The position numbers and the translations under genes were made by a program. From an uncultured Alphaproteobacteria bacterium (GTDB lineage Bacteria > Pseudomonadota > Alphaproteobacteria > HIMB59 > GCA-002718135): 64,000 nucleotides of DNA. The stretch lies in assembly GCA_902524385.1 (NCBI GenBank), contig CABZCZ010000007.1, positions 6,091 to 70,090 on the forward strand, written 5' to 3'. The notes beneath the pieces were generated by a model. That model was not told the DNA's origin. It worked only from the letters and a program-made list of their open reading frames with translations, and did not search any database. Positions 28,445-37,229 of this stretch are shown here, one piece after another (position 1 is the stretch's first letter; every line of letters starts with the position of its first letter).

Positions 28445-29584
28445 TTATCCCATTGCATTATTAAACTGAACCCTCATCCCTGTTTGATTAAATAACAATG
28501 CTTTATTTGAATCTCTTTTGATATTTACACTTGAACCATTTATAATTTGATGTGTAAATTGAGGTAAGCCTCTTACAATTATTTTTTTTGAGTTGTCTTC
28601 TATATTTACATGAAAGTATATATCTGACCCCAAATTTTCTCTGTAAGCAACAGTGCCACTAAATGTATTTTCATTACTTTCATTAGTAATTTCTAAATGT
28701 TCTGGTCGAATTCCAATGTGTAAATCGGAATTAATTTCAGAACTTTTTCTTTTCAGGTTAACATTTAAAAAATTAACAATTCCACTAGAGTCCGAAGATC
28801 CATTAAAAATATTTATTTTAGGACTGCCAACAAATTGAGCAACACTTAATGATGAAGGATTATCATAAACTTCTTGAGGTGTATCCAGTTGTAATAAATT
28901 TCCATCAATCATTACCGCCATACGAGAAGACATTGTCAATGCTTCTGCTTGATCATGTGTTACATAAACAAATGTTGTTTTAAGTGAATTGTGAAGTTCT
29001 GATAATTCGGATCGCATATGCACTCTTAGAGCGGCATCTAAATTTGATAGTGGTTCATCCATTAAGAATGCAACAGGTTCTCTTACCATTGCGCGACCAA
29101 GAGCTACTCTTTGTCTTTGGCCTCCTGATAATTGTCCTGGTTTTCTATCCAGTAGTTCAGAAATCTGAAGTGTTTCAGATGTTTTATTAACTAAGTGATT
29201 GATAGATTCAGTTTTACTTTTTTTGTTTGGAGAAAAATTCCCTATTAAAGGAAGGCGTTCGAAAGCATTATAATCTCTCAGTCTTAGAGGTGTTTCTAAA
29301 TTTCTTCGTACCGTTAAATGTGGATATAAAGCGTATGATTGAAATACCATTGCAAGATCTCGCTCGCTGGCTCTAATTTTATTTACATTCTTATTATCAA
29401 TTAATACATCGCCTGAAGTTTGTTGTTCTAATCCTGCAATGATTCGGAGTAAGGTAGATTTACCACAACCAGATGGACCAACTAATGTTAAAAATTCTCC
29501 ATCTTGTATATCAACATTTAAATTGTTTAATACTTGCGTAGATCCAAATGACTTTGAAATATTTTTAAGTGATATTGTGCCCAC
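28445..29584 (-). CDS. ABC transporter ATP-binding protein (UgpC/MalK type)
   Basis: Has GPSGCGKST, LSGGQRQRVALGRA and FLMDEP, plus a C-terminal regulatory domain. The GTG start is preceded by AAGGGGGGAG. Confidence 0.85.
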   Translation of the reverse strand: MGTISLKNISKSFGSTQVLNNLNVDIQDGEFLTLVGPSGCGKSTLLRIIAGLEQQTSGDVLIDNKNVNKIRASERDLAMVFQSYALYPHLTVRRNLETPLRLRDYNAFERLPLIGNFSPNKKSKTESINHLVNKTSETLQISELLDRKPGQLSGGQRQRVALGRAMVREPVAFLMDEPLSNLDAALRVHMRSELSELHNSLKTTFVYVTHDQAEALTMSSRMAVMIDGNLLQLDTPQEVYDNPSSLSVAQFVGSPKINIFNGSSDSSGIVNFLNVNLKRKSSEINSDLHIGIRPEHLEITNESNENTFSGTVAYRENLGSDIYFHVNIEDNSKKIIVRGLPQFTHQIINGSSVNIKRDSNKALLFNQTGMRVQFNNAMG

Positions 29585-29656
29585 TTAATCTCCCCCCTTA
29601 TTATTATATTTAATCTACAAAATTTTATTAAATTTGAGAATATTATAAATCCAATT

Positions 29657-29683
29657 ATTTCAGTTTTATTTCAATTTTATTAA
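29657..29683 (-). promoter_or_regulatory. Candidate Pho-box-like triple direct repeat (11-bp phase) in the divergent ABC/phnA spacer
   Basis: The minus strand reads TTAATaaaatTGAAATaaaacTGAAAT. Pentamers start at 29683, 29672 and 29661, exactly 11 bp apart. 13 of 16 positions are identical to the SBP-upstream element. Confidence 0.35.
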
Positions 29684-29762
29684 CAAATATTCAAATTATG
29701 ATTGAGTTTAACTAGCAGATAACTATAAATTCTTATTTTTAATGATATATATTATTTAAATC

Positions 29763-31004
29763 GTGTCAGATAATTTAGAAATTAACAAAAGAGAATATCC
29801 AAGCTCTTTCTCGAAAACTGCTATTGTTATATGCCTTGATGGCAGTCAAAAAGAGTATCTCGACGAAGCATCAAAATCAAATCTTACGCCAAATCTTGAT
29901 AAATTAATTGCAAGTGGTGAAAACCTACTAGTTCACAGCGCTATTCCAAGTTTTACAAATCCTAATAATATTTCCATTGTAACTGGGCAGCCAAGTTCTG
30001 TTCACGGTATATGCGGAAACTTTTTCTATACACCTGAGACTGGTGAAGAAGTAATGATGAATGACCCAAAATATATGCGAGCACCAACTATTTTTGAAAA
30101 ATTTTATAATTCCGGTTCTAAAATTGTTCTTGTTACTGCAAAAGACAAGTTGAGAAAACTTTTAGGAAACGGATTAAGTTTTGATGATGAGAGAGCTATT
30201 TGTTTTTCTGCTGAAAAATCTGATCAAGCAACAAAAGATCTCAATGGTATAGATAATGTAAACGATTGGTTGGGGATGCCAGTGCCAGAAGTATATTCTG
30301 AAGGACTTTCTGAATTTGTAATGGCTGCAGGTGTAAAGCTTCTTGAAGAGTTTAAACCAAATATCATGTATTTATCTACTACGGATTATATTCAACACAA
30401 ATATGCACCGGGAAATGAAACAGCAAATAAATTTTATGCAATGTTTGATAAATATATTGGTCTTTTAAACAGGGAGAATGTTTCTATAATCATCACAGCA
30501 GATCACGGTATGAAACCAAAATCAAAAGAAGATGGTTCACCTAACGCAATATTTTTACAAGATTATTTAGATAAAAAATTTGAACCAAACATGGCTAAAG
30601 TCATCCTACCAATTACAGATCCATATGTCGTTCATCATGGTTCACTTGGTTCTTTTGCAACAATTTATTTAGAAGACAAGAGCAAGGTAGATTCAGTTGT
30701 AAATGCTATTAAAGAAATAAAAGATATAGAAGTTGTTTTAACAAAAGATGAAGGATGCTCTACTTATAATTTACCTCCTGATAGAATGGGGGATATCATA
30801 TGTATGTCTTCAGAATTTATGACTATTGGTTCATCGGAAGATAAACACAATCTTTCTGGATTAAATGAACCTTTACGTTCTCATGGAGGACTCCATGAAA
30901 GAGAAGTGCCATTCATATCAAATTTAAAATTACAAAATTTAGATACTAGCAAACAATTATATAACTATGATGCATTTTACTATGCAATTAACGGAGCCTT
31001 ATGA
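29763..31004 (+). CDS. phnA: Phosphonoacetate hydrolase (alkaline phosphatase superfamily)
   Basis: Extended agreement with the remembered PhnA sequence: [69 protein letters not shown] and PLRSHGG. It has a GTG start in the track. Confidence 0.88.
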   Translation: MSDNLEINKREYPSSFSKTAIVICLDGSQKEYLDEASKSNLTPNLDKLIASGENLLVHSAIPSFTNPNNISIVTGQPSSVHGICGNFFYTPETGEEVMMNDPKYMRAPTIFEKFYNSGSKIVLVTAKDKLRKLLGNGLSFDDERAICFSAEKSDQATKDLNGIDNVNDWLGMPVPEVYSEGLSEFVMAAGVKLLEEFKPNIMYLSTTDYIQHKYAPGNETANKFYAMFDKYIGLLNRENVSIIITADHGMKPKSKEDGSPNAIFLQDYLDKKFEPNMAKVILPITDPYVVHHGSLGSFATIYLEDKSKVDSVVNAIKEIKDIEVVLTKDEGCSTYNLPPDRMGDIICMSSEFMTIGSSEDKHNLSGLNEPLRSHGGLHEREVPFISNLKLQNLDTSKQLYNYDAFYYAINGAL

Positions 31005-32443
31005 TGCACAAAAAAATGATTAATGAAGCAATGCGTATAGCTGGAGAAAAAGTTACTTCAGATAAAACAATAAATGTTGAGTACCCTTTTACAGGTGAAG
31101 TAATCGGAACGGTCCCAGCCGGTACCGCAGAGCATGCAAGAAAGGCTTTAGATATTGCTGCAAATTATCAGCCTAAACTTACAAGATATGAGAGACAAAA
31201 AATTCTTCAAACTGCTGCTGAAGTACTTGTTAAAAGAAAAGAAGAAATTTCTGATATTATTACTTTAGAGCTTGGTATCTCAAAACAAGATTCTTTATAC
31301 GAAGTAGGAAGAGCTTTCGATGTATTTTCATTAACGGCTCAACTTTGTATTCATGATGATGGTGAAATATTTTCTTGTGATTTAACTCCGCATGGAAAAG
31401 CGAGAAAAATATTTACCATAAGAGAGCCCTTAACTGCAATTTCAGCAATAACTCCATTTAATCATCCTTTGAATATGGTAGCGCATAAAATTGCACCTTC
31501 AATTGCAACAAATAATTGTACTGTATGTAAACAAACAGAATTAACACCTTTAACAGCAATGGTACTCGCTGATGTTTTATATGAAGCTGGCTTACCACCA
31601 GAAATGTTTTCAGTTGTAACTGGATGGCCTCAAGATATTGGATCTGAAATGATCAAGAATCCAAATATTGATCTAATTACTTTTACAGGCAGTGTAGGTG
31701 TAGGAAAATTAATTGCTGAACAAGCTGGATATAAAAGAACAGTTCTTGAGCTAGGCGGTAATGATCCTTTAATTGTTTTAAATGACTTAGATGGTGATGA
31801 TCTTAAAAAAGCTGTTGAGTTAGCTGTTACTGGAGCAACGAAAAACTCTGGTCAACGTTGTACAGCTGTTAAAAGAATACTGGTTCAAGAATCAATTGCA
31901 GATCAATTTGTTGAAATGGCTCTTGAGCGTGCTAAGAAAATTAAATTTGGTGATCCTATGAATATGGAAACAGACTTAGGTACTGTTGTTAATGCTCAAG
32001 CTGCAGAACTTTTTGATAAAAGAGTTTCTATGGCTGAAGAAGACGGTGCAAAAATTTTATATCATCCTGGAAGAAAGGGTGCTTTGTTACCTCCAATAGT
32101 TGTAGATAATGTTGACCCTAAAAGTGAATTAGTTTTAGAAGAAACATTTGGTCCAGTTATCCCAATCATTCGTGTGCCTAATGACGATGAAGCTGTAATG
32201 AAAATATCTAATTCAACTGCATTCGGATTATCATCTGGTGTATGTACAAATAACTTCATGCGAGCAAAAAAATATATTCAAGGTTTAAATGTTGGTACGG
32301 TAAATATTTGGGAGGTTCCAGGCTATAGAATTGAAATGTCTCCTTTTGGAGGAATTAAAGATTCAGGTCTTGGTTACAAAGAGGGTGTTATTGAAGCAAT
32401 GAAAAGTTTTACTAATGTAAAAACCTTTTCGCTACCTTGGTAA
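31001..32443 (+). CDS. phnY: Phosphonoacetaldehyde dehydrogenase (aldehyde dehydrogenase family)
   Basis: ALDH fold with LELGGNDP (Glu) and GQRCTAVKR (Cys). It has an ATGA overlap with phnA, and phnW is nearby. Confidence 0.8.
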   Translation: MMHKKMINEAMRIAGEKVTSDKTINVEYPFTGEVIGTVPAGTAEHARKALDIAANYQPKLTRYERQKILQTAAEVLVKRKEEISDIITLELGISKQDSLYEVGRAFDVFSLTAQLCIHDDGEIFSCDLTPHGKARKIFTIREPLTAISAITPFNHPLNMVAHKIAPSIATNNCTVCKQTELTPLTAMVLADVLYEAGLPPEMFSVVTGWPQDIGSEMIKNPNIDLITFTGSVGVGKLIAEQAGYKRTVLELGGNDPLIVLNDLDGDDLKKAVELAVTGATKNSGQRCTAVKRILVQESIADQFVEMALERAKKIKFGDPMNMETDLGTVVNAQAAELFDKRVSMAEEDGAKILYHPGRKGALLPPIVVDNVDPKSELVLEETFGPVIPIIRVPNDDEAVMKISNSTAFGLSSGVCTNNFMRAKKYIQGLNVGTVNIWEVPGYRIEMSPFGGIKDSGLGYKEGVIEAMKSFTNVKTFSLPW

Positions 32444-32500
32444 AATAACTAGTTTTTCTCTAATTTTTTTACTCCTGTGGAAAAATAAGCTTATTTTTTA

Positions 32501-32527
32501 GTAATATTTTCGTAATAAAATTGTAAC
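32501..32527 (+). promoter_or_regulatory. Candidate Pho-box-like triple direct repeat (11-bp phase) upstream of the SBP gene
   Basis: GTAATattttcGTAATaaaattGTAAC, with pentamers at 32501, 32512 and 32523. The proximal repeat ends 53 nt before the ATG. The layout resembles the E. coli pho box (7-nt repeat plus 4-nt AT spacer). Confidence 0.4.
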
Positions 32528-32579
32528 CCTTTGGTGCTACATGTTAGATTAAATAATTATATTCAATCGGGAGGATTAA

Positions 32580-33833
32580 ATGAAAAAATTAATTATAGGA
32601 TTGGCAGCCGTACTAGCCTTTGGTTTTTATGGTTCTGTTAATTCAGCTAAGTCTATTGAAATAGAAGTAGCTTATCCCTATTCAGGGTTATTCGATGTAA
32701 CGTTTCAAGCTATTATGCCGGAGTTTGAAAAAGCACATCCAGATATTCAAGTTAAATTTAGAGCAACTTATGAAAACTATGAAGATGCAACTGCAACAAT
32801 CTTTAGAGAGTCTACTTCAGGTAATTTACCAGATGTAACAATGCAAGGTCTTAACAGACAGGCACCTCTAGTTGACAAAGGTATTGCTAAGTCTTTAGAG
32901 CCATTTATTGCAAAAGAGGCAGCTTTTGAAAAAGATGGTTACCATTCTGCTATGTTAAGTCTTTCAACATTCGGTGGTGAAGTTTATGGATTACCATTTT
33001 CTGTATCAACGCCAGTTGGTTATTATAACATGGATTTATTAGCTGAAGCAGGTGTAGATAGTATTCCAACTAACTGGGACGAAGTTATTGCAGCATGTAA
33101 GAAATTGGAAGCAGCAGGTAAAGGAACTCTATACTTTGGTTGGAACATTACAGGTAACTGGTTCCACCAAGCATTAATGCACACTCAGAACGTTCCAATG
33201 GTTAAGGATGGAGCTGTAAATATGGGTGGTGATGCAGGACTTGCAACGTTAGAGCAAATGAAAGCAATCATGAGCGAATGTAATATGCCGAACTATTCAA
33301 TTGCTGATGGTCAAGCTGCGTTTAACGCAGGTACTCTTGGTATGCAGTTCTGGTCTACTTCTAGCTTGGGTTCAGTTAATGCTGCAAAGGCAGACTTTGT
33401 TTTAAAAACTGCACCATTCCCTGGAATGGCAGGAGTTAACAATGGAACACCAGCAAGATTACCAGCAGGTGGAAACGCTGCAATGTTAGTGTCTACATCT
33501 GATGATCCAGCAAGAGTTGATGCTGCATGGACTTTCTTAAAGTTCATTACATCAGGTATTGGTGCTGCATTAGTTGCTGAAACAACTGGATATGTTCCAC
33601 CGAACAAAGCAGCGAATGAATTATTAGGTGATTTCTATAGTAACAACCCTAATAAACTTACTGCAGTTGAACAACTTCCACTTCTTGCAGATTGGTTTGC
33701 ATATCCTGGAGAAAATGGATTAGCTATTACACAGGTAATCTATGATTATACAGAAGAAATTGCTACAGGCGATGCTGATGATATGGCAGATCTTCAAGAA
33801 GAAATGATGGAAGAAATAAACGATCTTATGTAA
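32580..33833 (+). CDS. ABC transporter substrate-binding protein, family 1 (UgpB-like); ligand unknown (phosphonate, glycerophosphodiester or G3P are candidates)
   Basis: It is 417 aa with a signal peptide and a strong SD (GGGAGG). It is noticeably more GC-rich than its surroundings. Confidence 0.8.
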   Translation: MKKLIIGLAAVLAFGFYGSVNSAKSIEIEVAYPYSGLFDVTFQAIMPEFEKAHPDIQVKFRATYENYEDATATIFRESTSGNLPDVTMQGLNRQAPLVDKGIAKSLEPFIAKEAAFEKDGYHSAMLSLSTFGGEVYGLPFSVSTPVGYYNMDLLAEAGVDSIPTNWDEVIAACKKLEAAGKGTLYFGWNITGNWFHQALMHTQNVPMVKDGAVNMGGDAGLATLEQMKAIMSECNMPNYSIADGQAAFNAGTLGMQFWSTSSLGSVNAAKADFVLKTAPFPGMAGVNNGTPARLPAGGNAAMLVSTSDDPARVDAAWTFLKFITSGIGAALVAETTGYVPPNKAANELLGDFYSNNPNKLTAVEQLPLLADWFAYPGENGLAITQVIYDYTEEIATGDADDMADLQEEMMEEINDLM

Positions 33834-33863
33834 TTTGAGATTATTTATTATTAACTTTTTATT

Positions 33864-33895
33864 ACAGCGGCTTTATAAAAGCCGCTGTTTTATTT
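33864..33895 (+). terminator. Rho-independent terminator after the SBP gene
   Basis: ACAGCGGCTTT-ata-AAAGCCGCTGT followed by TTTATTTT. Confidence 0.8.
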
Positions 33896-33920
33896 TAAAT
33901 TTAAATGGGAGTAAAAATAG

Positions 33921-35000
33921 ATGCCTCTTACAACAACTACAATAGGTGCTTATCCAAAACCTAAACAAACACCGATACAAGATTGGTTTTTGGGGACAAA
34001 ATCAGAAGAAGAGAGAAAAGCTTCAAAAGGATTATTATCAAATTGGTCACCTGGGGCATATGAAAAAGCGTTAGAGTCTGCAGGTGCGGATGCTGAAAAA
34101 TTATTTTTATCAGCAATCAAAGAAGTTATAACTGATCAAGTAAATGCAGGTATTGATGTTCCAACTGATGGAGAAGTTAGACGTGAGAGTTATGTATTAT
34201 ATCAATGTCGATTTTTAAATGGAGTAAGTTTTAAAGAAGTTACACATAAGTCTGTAAGACAAGGTGCGTTCGAAGCTGATCTCCCAACTATTGTTGCACC
34301 AATTTCAAGTAAAGAAATACGCATACATTTAGACTGGAAGAGTGCACAACAATTTACAAAAAATCCAGTTAAAATTACCCTACCTGGACCAATGACAATT
34401 ACAGATTCAATTGCCAACAATTACTATGATGACATGAAAAAACTTGGTTTTGATTTAGCATTAGCACTTAATAAAGAAGTTAAAGCACTTGTAGATGCAG
34501 GTTGTCAGTATATTCAAATTGATGAACCAGTATTTGCTAGAAAGCCCGATGAAGCTCATTCTTACGGTATGGAAAATTTAGAAAGAATGATGCATGGTAT
34601 ACCTAAAGAAGTGCAACGCGTTTGCCATATTTGTTGTGGTTATCCTAACTCATTAGACTCAGAAGGTTATAAAAAGGCTGATCTAGATGCTTATGATAGA
34701 ATTGCATCACTTGTAGATGATTCAACTATTGATGAAGTATCTTTAGAAGATTCACATAGGCATAATGATTTAAATCTTTTAGAAAAATTTACTAAAACAA
34801 AAGTAATTTTTGGATTTATTGATATTGCAAAAAGTAGAATGGAGTCTGTTGAAGAAGTAAGAGTTCGTATCAAAGATTCACTTGAACATATTGATGAACA
34901 CCGTTTAATAGCTGCACCAGATTGTGGTTTAGGTTTCTTTACGCGAGAACAGGCAATTGAGAAAATGACAATTTTAACTAAAGCGGCAAAATCAATTTAA
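33921..35000 (+). CDS. Short cobalamin-independent methionine synthase (MetE C-terminal domain)-like Zn-dependent methyltransferase
   Basis: Has TTTIGAYPKP at the N-terminus and retains Zn-ligand-type motifs CHICCGYP (H-x-C) and APDCGLGF. It is 359 aa (single-domain). Confidence 0.7.
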   Translation: MPLTTTTIGAYPKPKQTPIQDWFLGTKSEEERKASKGLLSNWSPGAYEKALESAGADAEKLFLSAIKEVITDQVNAGIDVPTDGEVRRESYVLYQCRFLNGVSFKEVTHKSVRQGAFEADLPTIVAPISSKEIRIHLDWKSAQQFTKNPVKITLPGPMTITDSIANNYYDDMKKLGFDLALALNKEVKALVDAGCQYIQIDEPVFARKPDEAHSYGMENLERMMHGIPKEVQRVCHICCGYPNSLDSEGYKKADLDAYDRIASLVDDSTIDEVSLEDSHRHNDLNLLEKFTKTKVIFGFIDIAKSRMESVEEVRVRIKDSLEHIDEHRLIAAPDCGLGFFTREQAIEKMTILTKAAKSI

Positions 35001-35004
35001 GGTA

Positions 35005-36117
35005 ATGTGGAATTATTTTAACCCTGTTGAAATTATCTTTGGAGAAAATAGATTTAAAGAAGTACATGATGCTGTTAAAAATAAGAATTACATCATAATC
35101 ACGCATCCAGAAGAAATTTTTAAAAAATACAGTGATGAATTAAAATCTTCATCAAATCCACCACTATCCATTATGACGGATGTTCAGCCTAATCCAGATT
35201 ATAAGGATATTTTAGAGCTACAAAAAAAATTTTCATCAATCAATGAATCGGTAGATTATATTTTAGCTATAGGTGGTGGCTCTGTTACAGACACAGCTAA
35301 AGCAATTGCTGCATTTAAAGATAAACAAGAATATCTAACAGATTTCGTTCGCAATAAGAAAAGTCCTAGAGTTGAAAATCCAATCAAGATTATTGCAATA
35401 CCTACAACTTCAGGAACATCAAGTGAACTTACGTGTTGGGCCACAATTTGGGATAAAGAAAAAAATAATAAATTATCTTTGGCTCATAAATCTCTTTATG
35501 CAGAAAAAACAATTATCGATCCATCTATTATGGTTGATAAGCCTTTAGGCTTGACTATTTCAACTGGTTTAGATGCTCTCTCCCATTCAATGGAAAGTAT
35601 TTGGAATATTAATGCGAACCCAATTTCTGCTTCTCATGCAATACAAGCATCAAAATTAGTACTAGAAAATTTACCACTTCTCGCTAAAGATTTAAAAAAC
35701 GTTGAATTACGCTCAAACATTGCATTGGCGTGTGTTCATGCTGGCTTAGCGTTTTCCAATACGAAAACTGCTATTGCGCACAATCTATCATACCCTGTGA
35801 CACTCAATTACGGTATTCAGCATGGTATTGCTTGTTCATTTACTTTACCCATGATTACTAAAAGTATGGTTGGAATTGATAGTGTAGCAGAAGAAAGACT
35901 AAAGTTAATTTTTAATGATAATCTAGAGAATGCCGCAAATTATCTGAGTGAATTTATGCGTTCTTTAGAGGTTCCTCTTAACCTAAATGAAATAAAAGTT
36001 CCTGTTCAAGAGTGGAATAATATAGTAGATGGTGCGTTTTTAGGGGAACGAGGTAAAAACTTTATTGGCAATAAAGAAGCCTTCATCTCTTCTGCTAAAT
36101 CAATGGGACTTTATTAG
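35005..36117 (+). CDS. Group III iron-containing alcohol dehydrogenase; candidate 2-hydroxyethylphosphonate/phosphonoacetaldehyde oxidoreductase
   Basis: Has NPVEIIFG, GGGSVTDTAK and a His cluster (LDALSHSMES...AHNLSYP). It starts 4 nt after the MetE-like gene. The substrate assignment is inference from context. Confidence 0.75.
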   Translation: MWNYFNPVEIIFGENRFKEVHDAVKNKNYIIITHPEEIFKKYSDELKSSSNPPLSIMTDVQPNPDYKDILELQKKFSSINESVDYILAIGGGSVTDTAKAIAAFKDKQEYLTDFVRNKKSPRVENPIKIIAIPTTSGTSSELTCWATIWDKEKNNKLSLAHKSLYAEKTIIDPSIMVDKPLGLTISTGLDALSHSMESIWNINANPISASHAIQASKLVLENLPLLAKDLKNVELRSNIALACVHAGLAFSNTKTAIAHNLSYPVTLNYGIQHGIACSFTLPMITKSMVGIDSVAEERLKLIFNDNLENAANYLSEFMRSLEVPLNLNEIKVPVQEWNNIVDGAFLGERGKNFIGNKEAFISSAKSMGLY

Positions 36118-36119
36118 TA

Positions 36120-37226
36120 ATGAAAAAAAATTTCAGGTTTTATGATAACAGACAAAAATATTTATTATTTGTCACAACAACAAATGAAAAAAATCAAATT
36201 GCTGATGCGATACGTCCTCACGTAAATAAAATTAAACCTCAAAAACCCGGTTTAAAAATATTTGATGCTGGTATGGGTGATGGTTCCTTACTTATGAATG
36301 TGATGCGTCAGTGCCACGAAGCTAGGCCTAATGTACCTCTATTAGTTTGTACAAAAGAAATAAGTATTGAAGATGTAAGATTAGGTTTAGAAAAATTACC
36401 CGATAGGTTTGTTGAACATAAGAATACTGTTTTTGTTATTTCAAATCTACACTACGCTGAAGCCGCAAACCTAAAATCAAAAAATGAAGTTAAACAGAAA
36501 AAAATTAATTGGAATATTATTAAATTAAAAGGTGACACTTCTCTTGAATTTGCTCAACAATTAAGAAAACAAAATGAATTTTTAGAAAAAAAATGGAATA
36601 TAGAAATTAACAAAAAGTCAGGTAACCATACTTATAAAGAGCCTTCAGTCATGGTTATCTACCGCGAGGATCAAGAATTTAATGTTAATGAATTAATACC
36701 TACCAAAAAAAAATCAGATAATAAATTTGATCTCATCATAGCTTCACAGCCTTATCGGTCAAGAATTTCAGCAGAAAAAAAATCAAAATACGTCATCGAA
36801 CCAATGATAAAAGCGTTAAAACCAAAAGGTAAATTATTAACTATTCATGCTTCAGGAAAAGATCCTGCTAATGAAATAATTTGTAAAATTTGGCCAAAAG
36901 AGATCCCCTTTCCTTCTCTTGGAAATAGTATCATTTCTTATCTTAAGAAAAATTTAGATAAAGATTTATTAAGCAGTTTATCTTTTGGAGAAAAAAGAAT
37001 TATTAAATGTAAACTGAGAGCTCTACCAACAGAAATCACTGGAGGTATAGCGACATCATTAGTTTTTTCTGCTTGGAATGCCTCCATATATGTCAATCAA
37101 ATGGATGATGATAAAGTAATGAAGGTAGAAAAAACAAAAAATTACGAAAAAGTAGTTCAAAAAATTGTTGCTAAAAATAAAGGTCTTTATTTTAACAATG
37201 AAATATTTGTAATCGAAAAAAAATAA
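36120..37226 (+). CDS. Uncharacterised protein with a Rossmann SAM-methyltransferase-like motif I
   Basis: Has LKIFDAGMGDGSLL (a D/E-x-G-x-G-x-G-like motif). No family was recognised. It starts 2 nt after the ADH gene. Confidence 0.4.
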   Translation: MKKNFRFYDNRQKYLLFVTTTNEKNQIADAIRPHVNKIKPQKPGLKIFDAGMGDGSLLMNVMRQCHEARPNVPLLVCTKEISIEDVRLGLEKLPDRFVEHKNTVFVISNLHYAEAANLKSKNEVKQKKINWNIIKLKGDTSLEFAQQLRKQNEFLEKKWNIEINKKSGNHTYKEPSVMVIYREDQEFNVNELIPTKKKSDNKFDLIIASQPYRSRISAEKKSKYVIEPMIKALKPKGKLLTIHASGKDPANEIICKIWPKEIPFPSLGNSIISYLKKNLDKDLLSSLSFGEKRIIKCKLRALPTEITGGIATSLVFSAWNASIYVNQMDDDKVMKVEKTKNYEKVVQKIVAKNKGLYFNNEIFVIEKK

Positions 37227-37229
37227 TTA

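Noticed and set aside
33311-33607. 98-aa minus-strand ORF inside the SBP gene. Similar shadow ORFs occur at 39178-39486, 45689-45961, 41092-41322, 28065-28277, 21025-21243 and elsewhere.
   Set aside because: All lie fully within and antisense to, or out of frame with, longer ORFs that have clear family signatures. They have no start context or motifs.
36120-37226. Naming the 368-aa orphan as a specific phosphonate methyltransferase (for example DhpI-like) or as the MesX/DUF1852 partner of a MetE-like enzyme
   Set aside because: Only a generic Rossmann motif I is visible, and I cannot recall sequences well enough to support either family. It is left as uncharacterised.
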